Below, one piece after another: positions 8,156 through 16,762 of a stretch of DNA of 32,000 nucleotides. The stretch's first letter is position 1, and every line of letters begins with the position of its first letter. This DNA comes from an uncultured Anaeromusa sp. (lineage in GTDB: Bacteria > Bacillota > Negativicutes > Anaeromusales > Anaeromusaceae). The notes beneath the pieces are model-generated. The model saw only the letters and a list, made by a program, of their open reading frames with translations, searched no databases and was not told the origin of the DNA. The DNA lies in the NCBI GenBank assembly GCA_963676855.1, contig OY781460.1:1495520-1527519 (forward strand). The letters run 5' to 3'. Position numbers and translations under genes: made by a program.

Positions 8156-9058
8156 ATGTCCAGACAAAGCCGACAGCAACGAGGAGTTCTCTTGGTATTT
8201 TTAATCCTGCTTGCAGTGGCAGTGAGCGCCTGCGGGAAGCAACTGGCTTCTGAACAACCAAAGGCGATGGTTTGGGCGGTATTGGACGAAGAAAAAGTAA
8301 TGAAGGCGCATCCTAACTACTTGGAATGGCAAAGTAAAAAGACGGCTTGGCTGGCTGGAAGGCAGAAGCTGGAGTGGTTGAAGCAGTCTTTGGTATTGCA
8401 AGCGGCGCAAGAAGTGCAGATGCTTTCTATGCCAACTCTGCCGGTTGCGGCACAGGCTACGCAGTCATTACAAGAGGCGGCCTTGCAGCAGCAGCTCCAA
8501 GAGAGGGCAAAAAGCTTGCAAAAAGTGCTGGATCAGGAAATGAAAGCGTATGGAGAAGAAGTACACAGTGAACTGGATCCGCAAGTGGTTTCGCTGCAAT
8601 TAAAGCTGCGTATTGTTTCGCTGCAGCCGCAAGAGGCGGAAGCGCTGCGCTTGCAGTTGACGCAGGTGCAGCAACTGCAGCAACTGCGACTGGCTCAGAA
8701 AGAAGCGGAATTGGCGCAACGCTTTGCTGCGGCGTTGACTCCTTTACGGGAAGCCATTCGTCAAGAGCAACAGACAGTTGCCAGACAAACGCCGTTGGCG
8801 AAATTGGAGCCGGTAAGTGCAGTAAAGACAACGCCGGAAGCGGTGAGTGCAGAGCGAATTCGTGATTTGGAAGAACGGTTACAGCAGCAGGAAATGGAAT
8901 GGCAGAAGCTGCAACGTCTCATTCAAGAGGAAGTGCAGGATCGAGCTGGTCGCATCGCTAGTGCGCGCGGCATAGATATTGTCTTAAGAAAACCGATTGC
9001 AGCAATGCAGGCGGTAGATATTACGGAATGGGTAGCTCAAGCATTACAGCATCCGTGA
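8156..9058 (+). CDS. Skp/OmpH-like lipoprotein, paralog 2, double length (300 aa) with a Gln/Leu-rich coiled-coil expansion
   Basis: RBS GGAGG is present. The lipobox is AVSAC|G. The OmpH-like N-terminus is VWAVLDEEKVMKAHPNY and the C-terminus is RGIDIVLRKPIAAMQAVDITEWV. About 200 aa of heptad-like, Q-rich sequence lies between them. Confidence 0.7.
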   Translation: MSRQSRQQRGVLLVFLILLAVAVSACGKQLASEQPKAMVWAVLDEEKVMKAHPNYLEWQSKKTAWLAGRQKLEWLKQSLVLQAAQEVQMLSMPTLPVAAQATQSLQEAALQQQLQERAKSLQKVLDQEMKAYGEEVHSELDPQVVSLQLKLRIVSLQPQEAEALRLQLTQVQQLQQLRLAQKEAELAQRFAAALTPLREAIRQEQQTVARQTPLAKLEPVSAVKTTPEAVSAERIRDLEERLQQQEMEWQKLQRLIQEEVQDRAGRIASARGIDIVLRKPIAAMQAVDITEWVAQALQHP

Positions 9059-9107
9059 GAGCGGATGCTGTCTATTTTAGATAATAATAACAGGAGTGAC
9101 GAGGAGT

Positions 9108-9533
9108 ATGATGGACATGATGCAAAAAAAACGTACGATTGCACTGATTCTGGCGCTGTGCTTTGCGGTTCTTTTGATTGGCGGTTGCAGTAGTCAGCCT
9201 ACGGTTGGTTTTGTTGATATGGAGAAAGTGGTCAAGGAAAGTCCTAAAGTCAAAGCGTTGCAGGACCAATTGGACGCCAAAGAAAAAGAGATTATGGAAA
9301 AAATGCAAAAAGAGCAAAACGGCGATTCGACGGAAGCGCAGCAGAAACAGCAGGCCCTAGCGGGAGAGTACCGTCAATTGCAGAAACAAGTTGGCGAACA
9401 GTTTGAAAGTGATTTGAAAAAGACGCTGGAGCAAATTGCTCAGGAAAAGAAACTGAGCGTTATTTTGTATAAACGGGAAGTGGCCCAAGGCGGCATGGAT
9501 GTTACCGATGAAGTTCTCAAACGCCTCCAGTAA
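9108..9533 (+). CDS. Skp/OmpH-like lipoprotein, paralog 3
   Basis: The lipobox is LIGGC|SS. OmpH-like ends are present ([15 protein letters not shown] ... [26 protein letters not shown]). The start is ambiguous among the ATGs at 9108-9120 and the GTG at 9096. Confidence 0.8.
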   Translation: MMDMMQKKRTIALILALCFAVLLIGGCSSQPTVGFVDMEKVVKESPKVKALQDQLDAKEKEIMEKMQKEQNGDSTEAQQKQQALAGEYRQLQKQVGEQFESDLKKTLEQIAQEKKLSVILYKREVAQGGMDVTDEVLKRLQ

Positions 9534-9549
9534 CGGAGGCGAGGGACTA

Positions 9550-10584
9550 ATGAAAACATTAGGTGAAATTGCCGAATTGGTAGACGGGATCATTGACGAA
9601 GCGCATGCGGCGCTGCCGATTAATAGTGTGACTAACATTGAAGAGGCGGGGCTTGAAGATATTACATTTGCCGTAGCGCCTCATCTGGAAAAGGCCGCGG
9701 CTAGCCGTGCTGGTGCTGTTTTGGTGGCTAAAGATGTTGCCGACGATTTCCCCAAAGTCGTAGTGCGAGTGGCCAATCCGCGCGCGGCTTTTGCAACGTT
9801 GCTGGAGGTTTTTTCTCCGCGACCTGTGGTGCAACGGGGCGTACATCCTACGGCAGTAGTGGCGGAAGATGCGATATTGGGCGATAATGTGGCTATCCTG
9901 CCTTGCGCCGTGATCGATTCTGGCGCATTTATAGGTGCTAATACGGTCATTTATCCTCACAGCTATGTCGGTGTAGGCAGTCGGGTGGGAAATGATTGCA
10001 TTCTTTACCCCAATGTAACGGTTCGAGAAGGCTGTGAATTGGGAGAACGGGTTATTGTACACAGTGGTGCTGTGATTGGCAGCGACGGATTTGGCTTTGT
10101 AACCGTAGATGGCAGTCATCGCAAAGTGCCACAAGTGGGCGGCGTACGCATTGAGGACGATGTGGAGATAGGCGCTAATACCTGCCTGGACCGGGCGACA
10201 ACGGGCTGGACCGTTGTGCGTCGCGGTACAAAAATTGATAACTTAGTGCACTTAGGACACAATGTGGAAGTCGGCGAGCATTGCTTTTTTGTAGCTCAGA
10301 CCGGTATTGCCGGCAGTACGAAAATTGGTAGCCGTGTTACTTTTGCCGGCCAATCCGGCAGCGCCGGTCATCTTGTTATTGGCGATAACTGTGTCTTTGC
10401 GGCGCGGTCGGCGCCGATTGGCAACATCGCCAGCAATTCGTTTTGCGGCGGCTTTCCGGCGCGCCCGTACAAAGACTGGCTGAAAAATGAAGCTGCAGTT
10501 ACCAAAGTTCCTGAACTGCTGAAGAGGGTTCGGAATTTGGAAAAACAGCTAACTCAGCTTACGGCGGGTGAGCCGAAAGTATGA
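9550..10584 (+). CDS. lpxD: UDP-3-O-acylglucosamine N-acyltransferase LpxD
   Basis: I chose the ATG at 9550 ([11 protein letters not shown]), which is typical of an LpxD N-terminus. A long left-handed beta-helix of hexapeptide repeats follows, then a C-terminal helical tail. Confidence 0.9.
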   Translation: MKTLGEIAELVDGIIDEAHAALPINSVTNIEEAGLEDITFAVAPHLEKAAASRAGAVLVAKDVADDFPKVVVRVANPRAAFATLLEVFSPRPVVQRGVHPTAVVAEDAILGDNVAILPCAVIDSGAFIGANTVIYPHSYVGVGSRVGNDCILYPNVTVREGCELGERVIVHSGAVIGSDGFGFVTVDGSHRKVPQVGGVRIEDDVEIGANTCLDRATTGWTVVRRGTKIDNLVHLGHNVEVGEHCFFVAQTGIAGSTKIGSRVTFAGQSGSAGHLVIGDNCVFAARSAPIGNIASNSFCGGFPARPYKDWLKNEAAVTKVPELLKRVRNLEKQLTQLTAGEPKV

Positions 10585-11186
10585 GTAGCCAGAGTCGTAT
10601 ACTATTGGCCTGTCTAGCTGTATTAGTGGTGTTTGCTTTTAGTAAAGCCGAGGCAGCGCCAACTTTGCAGGGAAGCACTGGGTTGGCGAATGTAGTCAGT
10701 GCTGATGTGCTTCCAGCGAATAGCTTTAGTATAGGACGATATAACAGGCCGGGAGAAAAAAATGACGTTGTTACTTTTGGACTGGGGCAGGCGTTGGAAG
10801 TAGGTGCTTTGCACCGTACTGAGGGGGAGCAAGGTTCTGCGGTGAGATGGAACGTAAAATGGGCCTTGGCGCAAGAAAAGGTTTTGCGTCCCGGCATTGC
10901 TATCGGCGTGGAAGATGTTGGCGCACAAGAGCGACGTACGACGTACGCTGTTGCCAGCAAAGGCTTACCTTTTGGTTTGCGTCTACATGTTGGACTTGGC
11001 AATGGACGCTATCATGGCTTGTTCGGCGCTCTAGAAGCTCCCTTGCTGCCGCAAACTAGGTTGTTTTTGGAACAAGACGGACGGCAGTGGGGCGCGGGCG
11101 TTCGTGTATCATTAGGGCCTGATTTTCGTCTGGATGCCGGGCATTATGCAGGAAAAACCTATGTGGGCGGAAGCTATACGTACTAA
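10581..11186 (+). CDS. Small exported protein of unknown function (201 aa), beta-barrel-like, ending in an aromatic residue
   Basis: The ATG overlaps the lpxD stop (GTATGA). The signal peptide is [12 protein letters not shown]. The mature N-terminus is [17 protein letters not shown]. The sequence is alternating and Gly-rich, and ends in GGSYTY. Confidence 0.7.
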   Translation: MSSQSRILLACLAVLVVFAFSKAEAAPTLQGSTGLANVVSADVLPANSFSIGRYNRPGEKNDVVTFGLGQALEVGALHRTEGEQGSAVRWNVKWALAQEKVLRPGIAIGVEDVGAQERRTTYAVASKGLPFGLRLHVGLGNGRYHGLFGALEAPLLPQTRLFLEQDGRQWGAGVRVSLGPDFRLDAGHYAGKTYVGGSYTY

Positions 11187-11193
11187 AAAGAAT

Positions 11194-11216
11194 GGCGGCT
11201 TCGGCCGCCTTCTTTC
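11194..11216 (+). terminator. Candidate intrinsic terminator (GGCGGC-TTCG-GCCGCC followed by TTCTTTC)
   Basis: A perfect 6-bp GC stem with a TTCG tetraloop begins 8 nt after the stop codon. The T-tract is short and interrupted. Confidence 0.55.
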
Positions 11217-11238
11217 AATGCTGGGATGAGGCGAGGAT

Positions 11239-11309
11239 AACGTAACACAGAGTAACAGAGAAGTCCCAAAGAATATAATATAAGAGTATATTCTCTGTGT
11301 ATCGTTCTT
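11239..11309 (+). repeat. Minimal copy of the intergenic repeat family (arms only, with a small AT-rich palindrome in the middle)
   Basis: ACACAGAGTAACAGAG (11245-11260) matches 25700-25715 at 15/16 positions. CTGTGTATCGTTCTT (11295-11309) is the exact reverse complement of AAGAACGATACACAG (25691-25705). The central palindrome is GAATATA..TATATTC. Confidence 0.6.
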
Positions 11310-11353
11310 TTCGTTTCTCTTTTTTCTGTATCTTATGTGTCGAGGAGTGTCAA

Positions 11354-12238
11354 ATGCTATACATTGTTGTAAAGCTTCTCAGTCGTCTGGCATGTTCTCT
11401 TTCTGTAGCGACAGCCAAACGATGGGGGGGCTATCTAGGTACTGTAGCCTGGAAGCTGACTCCTAAAAAAAGAAAAAGAATGGCAATAGAAAATATCCGT
11501 GTAAGTCTTGTTGTAAATGAAGTGGAAGCGGAGCGTGTGGCTCGCGCCAGCGCTGTACGTTTTGGCCCCATGTTTATGGAAGTGCTGCGCGTACCGCTTT
11601 TGTTGAAGCAATCACTAGATAGCTGGATTTCCTTTACAGGAGCAGAGCATCTGGAACAAGCATTGGCTTTGGGAAAAGGCGTGGTCTTGGCGACGGCTCA
11701 TAGCGGGAATTGGGAGCTCTTGGGAGCCGCCTTGGCAAAACGGGGCTTTCCCTTGGTTGCGGTAGTGCAAAAGCAGACGAATGATGCGATGGACCGCTTT
11801 ATTAATGAATATCGTCGCCAAAGCGGCATGCATGTGACCTATAAAACAGGTGTAAAGGAAATGATTCAGCTTTTAGGCGAAGGAAATATTATTGGCTTGC
11901 TGGTGGATCAGGATGCAGGCCCAGAAGGTGTTCGGACGCAGTTTTTTGGGCGTGAAGCTTCTAGTCCTCCAGGAGCGGCGCACTTGGCGCGTATGCGCCA
12001 AGTGCCGATTGTACCTGCTTTTATTACTCAAGAGGCAGATGGTCGTCATCATGCCTGGCTCTATCCGCCGGTATTTGTCGGGCAGACAAGAAATAAAAAA
12101 GAAGAAATTCAGCAAACAACGCAAGTGCTGACTCGGTGTGTCGAGCAGCACATCCGGCGGCATCCGGAAGAGTGGTTTTGGCTGCATAACCGTTGGAAAC
12201 ATGGAGACAAGACAGAAAGTCTTGCGTTGCACACGTAA
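11354..12238 (+). CDS. Lipid A late (secondary) acyltransferase, LpxL/HtrB family, copy 1
   Basis: RBS GAGGAG precedes the ATG at 11354. The acyltransferase motif is HSGNWELLG. The central motif is LVDQDAG and the C-terminus is HPEEWFWLHNRWK. Acyl-chain specificity cannot be read from the sequence. Confidence 0.8.
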   Translation: MLYIVVKLLSRLACSLSVATAKRWGGYLGTVAWKLTPKKRKRMAIENIRVSLVVNEVEAERVARASAVRFGPMFMEVLRVPLLLKQSLDSWISFTGAEHLEQALALGKGVVLATAHSGNWELLGAALAKRGFPLVAVVQKQTNDAMDRFINEYRRQSGMHVTYKTGVKEMIQLLGEGNIIGLLVDQDAGPEGVRTQFFGREASSPPGAAHLARMRQVPIVPAFITQEADGRHHAWLYPPVFVGQTRNKKEEIQQTTQVLTRCVEQHIRRHPEEWFWLHNRWKHGDKTESLALHT

Positions 12239-12281
12239 ATCCGCTAGAATAAACAAGGGCTTAATGCTTTTGGGAGGAATC

Positions 12282-13118
12282 ATGGAACGACAAAGTACTC
12301 TGGCAAAGGAAGTTGCCTATAGCGGGATTGGCTTGCATTCCGGGCGGGAAGTGAAAGTACGGTTTTTGCCGGCGCCCGCAGATACGGGAATCCTTTTTGA
12401 ACGGATAGACTTGCCTGGCAGGCCTCGCGTTCCGGCGCAAGCGGCCTGTGTAACGCAGACCATGCGGGCGACGACGTTGGAAGCTGGGGAAGCTAAGGTT
12501 TTTACAGTAGAGCATATTTTGGCGGCGCTTTCCGCGATGGATATTGATAATTGCCTCATTGAAATTGATTCACTGGAACCGCCTGTGGCTGATGGCAGTG
12601 CTTTGCTGTTTCTGGAACTGTTAGCGGAGGCGGGGCGGTGTGAGCAGGAAGCCTTACGCTCGGTTTACTGCATACAAGAAGCGCTTACGGTGCGAGACGG
12701 AAATCGGTTTATTTCTATTTTGCCCTATGATGGGTTTCGTATTACTTTTACGTCGGTTAATCCGCACAAGGCGATTGGAATTCAATTTGCCGATGTAGAA
12801 ATCACCAAGGAATTATTTTGGCGAGAGATTGCTCCGGCGCGGACGATTGGCTTTGTCCATGAAATAGAAGTGTTGCAGGCGCAAGGCTTGGCCTTGGGCG
12901 GCAGCATGGAGAACGCCGCTGTATATGATGAAAATGGAGCGGTTAATGTACTGCGTTTTGCAGATGAATTGGTTCGGCATAAGGTGCTGGATGTAGTTGG
13001 CGATTTAGCGTTGGCAGGTCCGATTAAAGGCCATGTGGTGGCAGTATCGTCCGGCCATGCATTGAATACAAAACTGTCGCAGTTAATTGCTGCGGCCAGA
13101 CAGGGAGGTTGTGCATAG
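12282..13118 (+). CDS. lpxC: UDP-3-O-acyl-N-acetylglucosamine deacetylase LpxC
   Basis: RBS GGGAGG precedes the ATG at 12282. Motifs present are [24 protein letters not shown] and [14 protein letters not shown]. Confidence 0.92.
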   Translation: MERQSTLAKEVAYSGIGLHSGREVKVRFLPAPADTGILFERIDLPGRPRVPAQAACVTQTMRATTLEAGEAKVFTVEHILAALSAMDIDNCLIEIDSLEPPVADGSALLFLELLAEAGRCEQEALRSVYCIQEALTVRDGNRFISILPYDGFRITFTSVNPHKAIGIQFADVEITKELFWREIAPARTIGFVHEIEVLQAQGLALGGSMENAAVYDENGAVNVLRFADELVRHKVLDVVGDLALAGPIKGHVVAVSSGHALNTKLSQLIAAARQGGCA

Positions 13119-13555
13119 TGGTATTAACTATTGAAGAAATCAAGGAAATTATTCCTCATCGGTATCCATTTTTGCTGGTAGATCGCATTTTGGAGTTGGA
13201 GCCGCTAAAGCGTGGCGTCGGCATAAAAAATGTGACTGCTAATGAACCTTTTTTTCAAGGGCACTTTCCGAATAAACCGGTTATGCCGGGGGTATTGCTG
13301 TTGGAGGCTATGGCGCAGGTCGGTGGAGTTGCGTTATTATATCCAGATGAAAACCGAGGTAAAATTGCGTACTTTGCTGGTATGGAAGGAGTTAAGTTCC
13401 GTAAGCCCGTTGTGCCTGGCGATCAGGTGAGGATGGAAGCGGAAGTAACCCGCATGCGCGGTTCCGTAGGCAAAGTGCGCGCCGAAGCTTTTGTAGAGGG
13501 TCAATTGGTAGCGGAAGCGGAGTTTATGTTTGCGCTGTCGGAAAAACAAGAGTAA
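13118..13555 (+). CDS. fabZ: 3-hydroxyacyl-ACP dehydratase FabZ
   Basis: [13 protein letters not shown] and [23 protein letters not shown] are present. I prefer the GTG at 13118, 9 nt after GGGAGG and overlapping the lpxC TAG. The TTG at 13109 is an alternative start. Confidence 0.92.
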   Translation: MVLTIEEIKEIIPHRYPFLLVDRILELEPLKRGVGIKNVTANEPFFQGHFPNKPVMPGVLLLEAMAQVGGVALLYPDENRGKIAYFAGMEGVKFRKPVVPGDQVRMEAEVTRMRGSVGKVRAEAFVEGQLVAEAEFMFALSEKQE

Positions 13556-13757
13556 AAAATATAAAAAGTAAGAAAAACAGTGATGTTGACAAGGAAAACA
13601 AAACTAGAGCTGTATAGTTCATCGTAAAGGCTTTTTTTGCAAAAAAAGATGATGTTTCTATTTGACTGAGCAGTCGGAATATAAGAGCAGAAAAACAGCC
13701 TGAAAGTAAGGACGTAACAGTATTGACAGAGACTCAGTCAGAAGGAGTTGTCATATT

Positions 13758-14576
13758 ATGCAAACGGATAAAGTAGTACCTTTGCGTATGATTCACGAGA
13801 TGGCAGTGGTTCATCCCAATGCGCGTCTTGGTAAGGATGTACAGATTGGCCCCTACGCGGTCATTGGCGAAAATGTAGTGATTGGCGATGGGACGAAAAT
13901 AGGCCCGCATGTGGTGATTGACGGCTGGACCAGCATTGGCAAAGACTGTGTTATCTTTCCCAGCGCTTCGGTTGGGGCGGAACCGCAGGACTTGAAATTC
14001 AAGGGTGAAAAAAGCTATGTGTTTATCGGCGACCGCACGACATTGCGCGAGTTTACTACGGTAAATAGAGCGACAGGCGAGGGCGAGGAAACACGCATTG
14101 GTTCTGATTGCCTGATGATGGCCTATACGCATGTGGCGCATAACTGCGTGGTGGGCAATCATGTAATTATGTCCAATGCCGCTACATTGGCAGGGCATAT
14201 TATTGTGGAAGATCGTGTCGTGATCGGCGGCTTGTCCGGAGTGCATCAGTTTGTTAAAATTGGTCGTAATGCCATGATTGGCGGCGCTTCTAAAGTGGTT
14301 CAAGATGTGCCTCCCTTTATGATTGCTGACGGGCATCCGGCCAGGGTGGCGGGCTTGAACAGTGTTGGCATGTCCAGAGCGGGCGTGCCGAAGGAAGCGC
14401 GGCGCGAACTGAAGAAAGCGTACCGGATTCTATACAAAAACGGCTTGTCCTTGGACCAAGCAATTGCAATGATGGAACAAGAGCTGGAAGCATACGAAGA
14501 AGTAGAACACTTCTTGCGCTTTTTGCGCAATGCGGAGCGGGGGATTTGTCGGACGCGCCGTGACAGCAGCGAATAA
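13758..14576 (+). CDS. lpxA: Acyl-ACP--UDP-N-acetylglucosamine O-acyltransferase LpxA
   Basis: RBS GAAGGAG is present. The N-terminus (IHEMAVVHPNARLG) leads into a hexapeptide-repeat beta-helix. The C-terminal helical domain is GLNSVGMSRAG..KAYRILY. Confidence 0.92.
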   Translation: MQTDKVVPLRMIHEMAVVHPNARLGKDVQIGPYAVIGENVVIGDGTKIGPHVVIDGWTSIGKDCVIFPSASVGAEPQDLKFKGEKSYVFIGDRTTLREFTTVNRATGEGEETRIGSDCLMMAYTHVAHNCVVGNHVIMSNAATLAGHIIVEDRVVIGGLSGVHQFVKIGRNAMIGGASKVVQDVPPFMIADGHPARVAGLNSVGMSRAGVPKEARRELKKAYRILYKNGLSLDQAIAMMEQELEAYEEVEHFLRFLRNAERGICRTRRDSSE

Positions 14577-14693
14577 GTTGCAGCAGAGGAAGAGTTGCTG
14601 CAGAGTACAGGGTATTCTGTAGCGAACTCTTTCTGTTGTTTTGGAGAACCTAATTTAGGTTTTCATTTTAATTTGGATATGGGAGCGGTGAAT

Positions 14694-15500
14694 ATGCAGA
14701 AAATCGGTTTGCTTGCCGGCGTCGGACGACTGCCGGTTGATTTTGCGTTCTGTGCGCGGAAATTGGGTTTGTCTGTTGTAGCGATAGCGGTGTTACCTAA
14801 TGTGGAGAGCGATTTGGCGGCAGCTGCTTCTGTATATCATCAAATTGGCGTTGGTCAACTGCAGCGTTTGATTGATACCCTTCGGCAAGAAGAGGTTTCC
14901 CAGGTTACTATGTTAGGGAAAGTAACCAAAGAATTACTCTTTTCCGGCAAAGTGGAATTGGACGGCCGCTTTCAACAGTTACTGGCGTCATTGCCGGATC
15001 AAAAGGATGATACCATTTTATTGGCTTTAGTGAAGGAATTGACTCAAGAAGGCATTCTTGTGGCGGATCAAACTGCCTTATTGAAAATGCTGTTGCCGCA
15101 GCCTGGCGTTTTGACAAAACGGACGCCTACAGAAGGCGAATTGGCGGATATGGATTTCGGTCTATCCATGGCTAAAGAAATAGGCGCTTTGGATATTGGG
15201 CAAACGGTTGTAGTAAAGAATCGGGCAGTCATGGCAGTAGAAGCGATAGAAGGCACGGATGCTTGTATTCGTCGCGGTGGAGCTTTGGCCGGCGGCAGCG
15301 GCGCCGTAGTGGCTAAAGCAGCCAAACCGCAGCAAGATCAGCGTTTTGATATGCCTGGAGCGGGCCCTGCCACCATTCACTCCATGATCGAAGCCGGTGC
15401 GTCCGCCCTTGTACTGGAGGCCGGCAAAACGCTGCTGGTAGACCGCGCAGAAGCTATTGCCTTGGCGGAGGCACATAACATTACCATTGTGGTAAAATAA
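14694..15500 (+). CDS. lpxI: UDP-2,3-diacylglucosamine hydrolase LpxI (DUF1009 family)
   Basis: I chose the ATG at 14694, after GGGAG. Family-typical motifs are IGLLAGVGRLP, DIGQTVVVKNRAVMAVEAIEGTDACIRR, KPQQDQRFDMP and LVLEAGKTLLVD. Confidence 0.85.
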   Translation: MQKIGLLAGVGRLPVDFAFCARKLGLSVVAIAVLPNVESDLAAAASVYHQIGVGQLQRLIDTLRQEEVSQVTMLGKVTKELLFSGKVELDGRFQQLLASLPDQKDDTILLALVKELTQEGILVADQTALLKMLLPQPGVLTKRTPTEGELADMDFGLSMAKEIGALDIGQTVVVKNRAVMAVEAIEGTDACIRRGGALAGGSGAVVAKAAKPQQDQRFDMPGAGPATIHSMIEAGASALVLEAGKTLLVDRAEAIALAEAHNITIVVK

Positions 15501-15503
15501 TAG

Positions 15504-15583
15504 CTTCGGTTCTCTTCGCCCCCTCATACGTACCCTCCCTTTACTCCCGCTACTCTTGTTCAATCTTCGCACTCCGTACTTTT
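15504..15583 (+). repeat. Pyrimidine-rich 3'-arm copy of the intergenic repeat family (no purine arm or core)
   Basis: CCCTCATACGTACCCTCCCTTTACTCCCGCTACTCTTGTTCAAT aligns with the 3' arm at 21869-21911. A second partial motif, CGGTTCTCTTCG, lies at 15507-15518. Confidence 0.6.
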
Positions 15584-15607
15584 TAAACGATTCTAGGAGG
15601 ATGTTTC

Positions 15608-16762
15608 ATGTGCAAAATCATGCTTTCCGCCGGCGAAGCCTCCGGTGATCTTCATGGCGCAGGCATTGCAGCGGCGTTGCGCGCCATGAAGCCGGATGTA
15701 CGCTTGTTCGGCATGGGCGGTGCGGCTATGCGCCGTGAAGGCGTGGACATTCTCTATGATATTGCCGACTTGGGCGTTATTGGCCTAGTAGAAGTTATTA
15801 AAAATTTACCGCGTTTATTTCGTTTGCGCGATGCTTTGGCGGCGGCGATGGATCGAGAAAAACCGGACATCTTGGTTACCATTGATTATCCAGGCTTTAA
15901 TATGCGCTTGGCGAAAATTGCAAAAGCCAAAGGCATTCGCGTTGTTTCCTATATAGCTCCTTCCGTATGGGCTTGGGGCGAGTGGCGGGCGAAGGGCGTA
16001 GTGCGTTCAGTCGATCATATTGCTTCTATTTTTCCCTTTGAAGCGGAATTGTACCGACGCTACGGAGGCAACGTGACCTATGTGGGTCATCCCTTACTGG
16101 ACTTGGTGGGAACGAAACGCAATGCGGCAGAAGCGCGAGCCTTTCTGAAACTGCAGCCCCAGGAACGGATCGTATTGCTGTTGCCTGGAAGTCGGAAACA
16201 AGAAATTAAGAGTCTGCTGCCTTTGTTTTTGCAAGCAGCCCGACAGGTGGCGGCAGCGGTGCCGGAAGCCGTATTTGTTTTGCCCTTGGCTTCAACGGTA
16301 GCGGAAGATATGGTACAGCCGGAGATACAGGCAGCTGGCGTTCCTGTTCGTTTGGTGCGGGAGCATTTGTACGACTGGATGCAAGCGGCGGAAACTGCGA
16401 TGGCGGCTTCCGGTACGGTGACGCTGGAAGCTGCTTTAATGAATTTGCCCTGTGTTGTGACTTATAAAGTAAATCCTTTGACCTATGGTTTGGGAAAACT
16501 GTTGGTGAAATTGCCGTATATCAGCTTGCCCAACATCATTGCGGAGCGGCAAGTTGTGCCGGAACTCGTCCAAAACGAAGCGCAGCCGCAGCGACTGGCG
16601 GCGGAGGTAGTGAAGTATCTTCAAGATGCCGAACATTGCGTTGCTACGCACCGCGCTTTGGAGGAAGTCCGTCACAAATTGGGAGAAAGCGGCGCCGTTC
16701 AGCGTGTTGCGGCTTTAATTTTAGCGGAAGCGTCCGGCAGCAGGAGGGAAGCGCATGAATAG
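15608..16762 (+). CDS. lpxB: Lipid-A-disaccharide synthase LpxB
   Basis: RBS AGGAGG is present. The N-terminus contains SAGEASGDLHGA. The glycosyltransferase layout includes the typical LLPGSR motif. Confidence 0.9.
   Translation: MCKIMLSAGEASGDLHGAGIAAALRAMKPDVRLFGMGGAAMRREGVDILYDIADLGVIGLVEVIKNLPRLFRLRDALAAAMDREKPDILVTIDYPGFNMRLAKIAKAKGIRVVSYIAPSVWAWGEWRAKGVVRSVDHIASIFPFEAELYRRYGGNVTYVGHPLLDLVGTKRNAAEARAFLKLQPQERIVLLLPGSRKQEIKSLLPLFLQAARQVAAAVPEAVFVLPLASTVAEDMVQPEIQAAGVPVRLVREHLYDWMQAAETAMAASGTVTLEAALMNLPCVVTYKVNPLTYGLGKLLVKLPYISLPNIIAERQVVPELVQNEAQPQRLAAEVVKYLQDAEHCVATHRALEEVRHKLGESGAVQRVAALILAEASGSRREAHE

Noticed and set aside
13586-13618. TTGACA (13586-13591) with TATAGT (13613-13618) as a promoter for lpxA. 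Also TTGACA at 13723 and TTGACT at 13662.
   Set aside because: The spacer is 21 nt in the first case, too long for sigma-A. The others have no acceptable -10 at 16-18 nt. The lpxA gap probably contains a promoter, but I cannot place it.
13631-13648. Perfect 18-nt palindrome CTTTTTTTGCAAAAAAAG in the fabZ-lpxA gap.
   Set aside because: It is entirely A/T apart from the central GC, so it would form a very weak hairpin. It is likely a chance low-complexity feature and I assigned no function.
14579-14640. Hairpins after lpxA (TGCAGCA/TGCTGCA at 14579-14602 and TACAG/CTGTA at 14606-14621, followed by a T-rich stretch) as a terminator.
   Set aside because: The stems are short (7 and 5 bp) and the T-run is separated from them. 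I am not confident it is an intrinsic terminator. It may be a weak attenuator at most.
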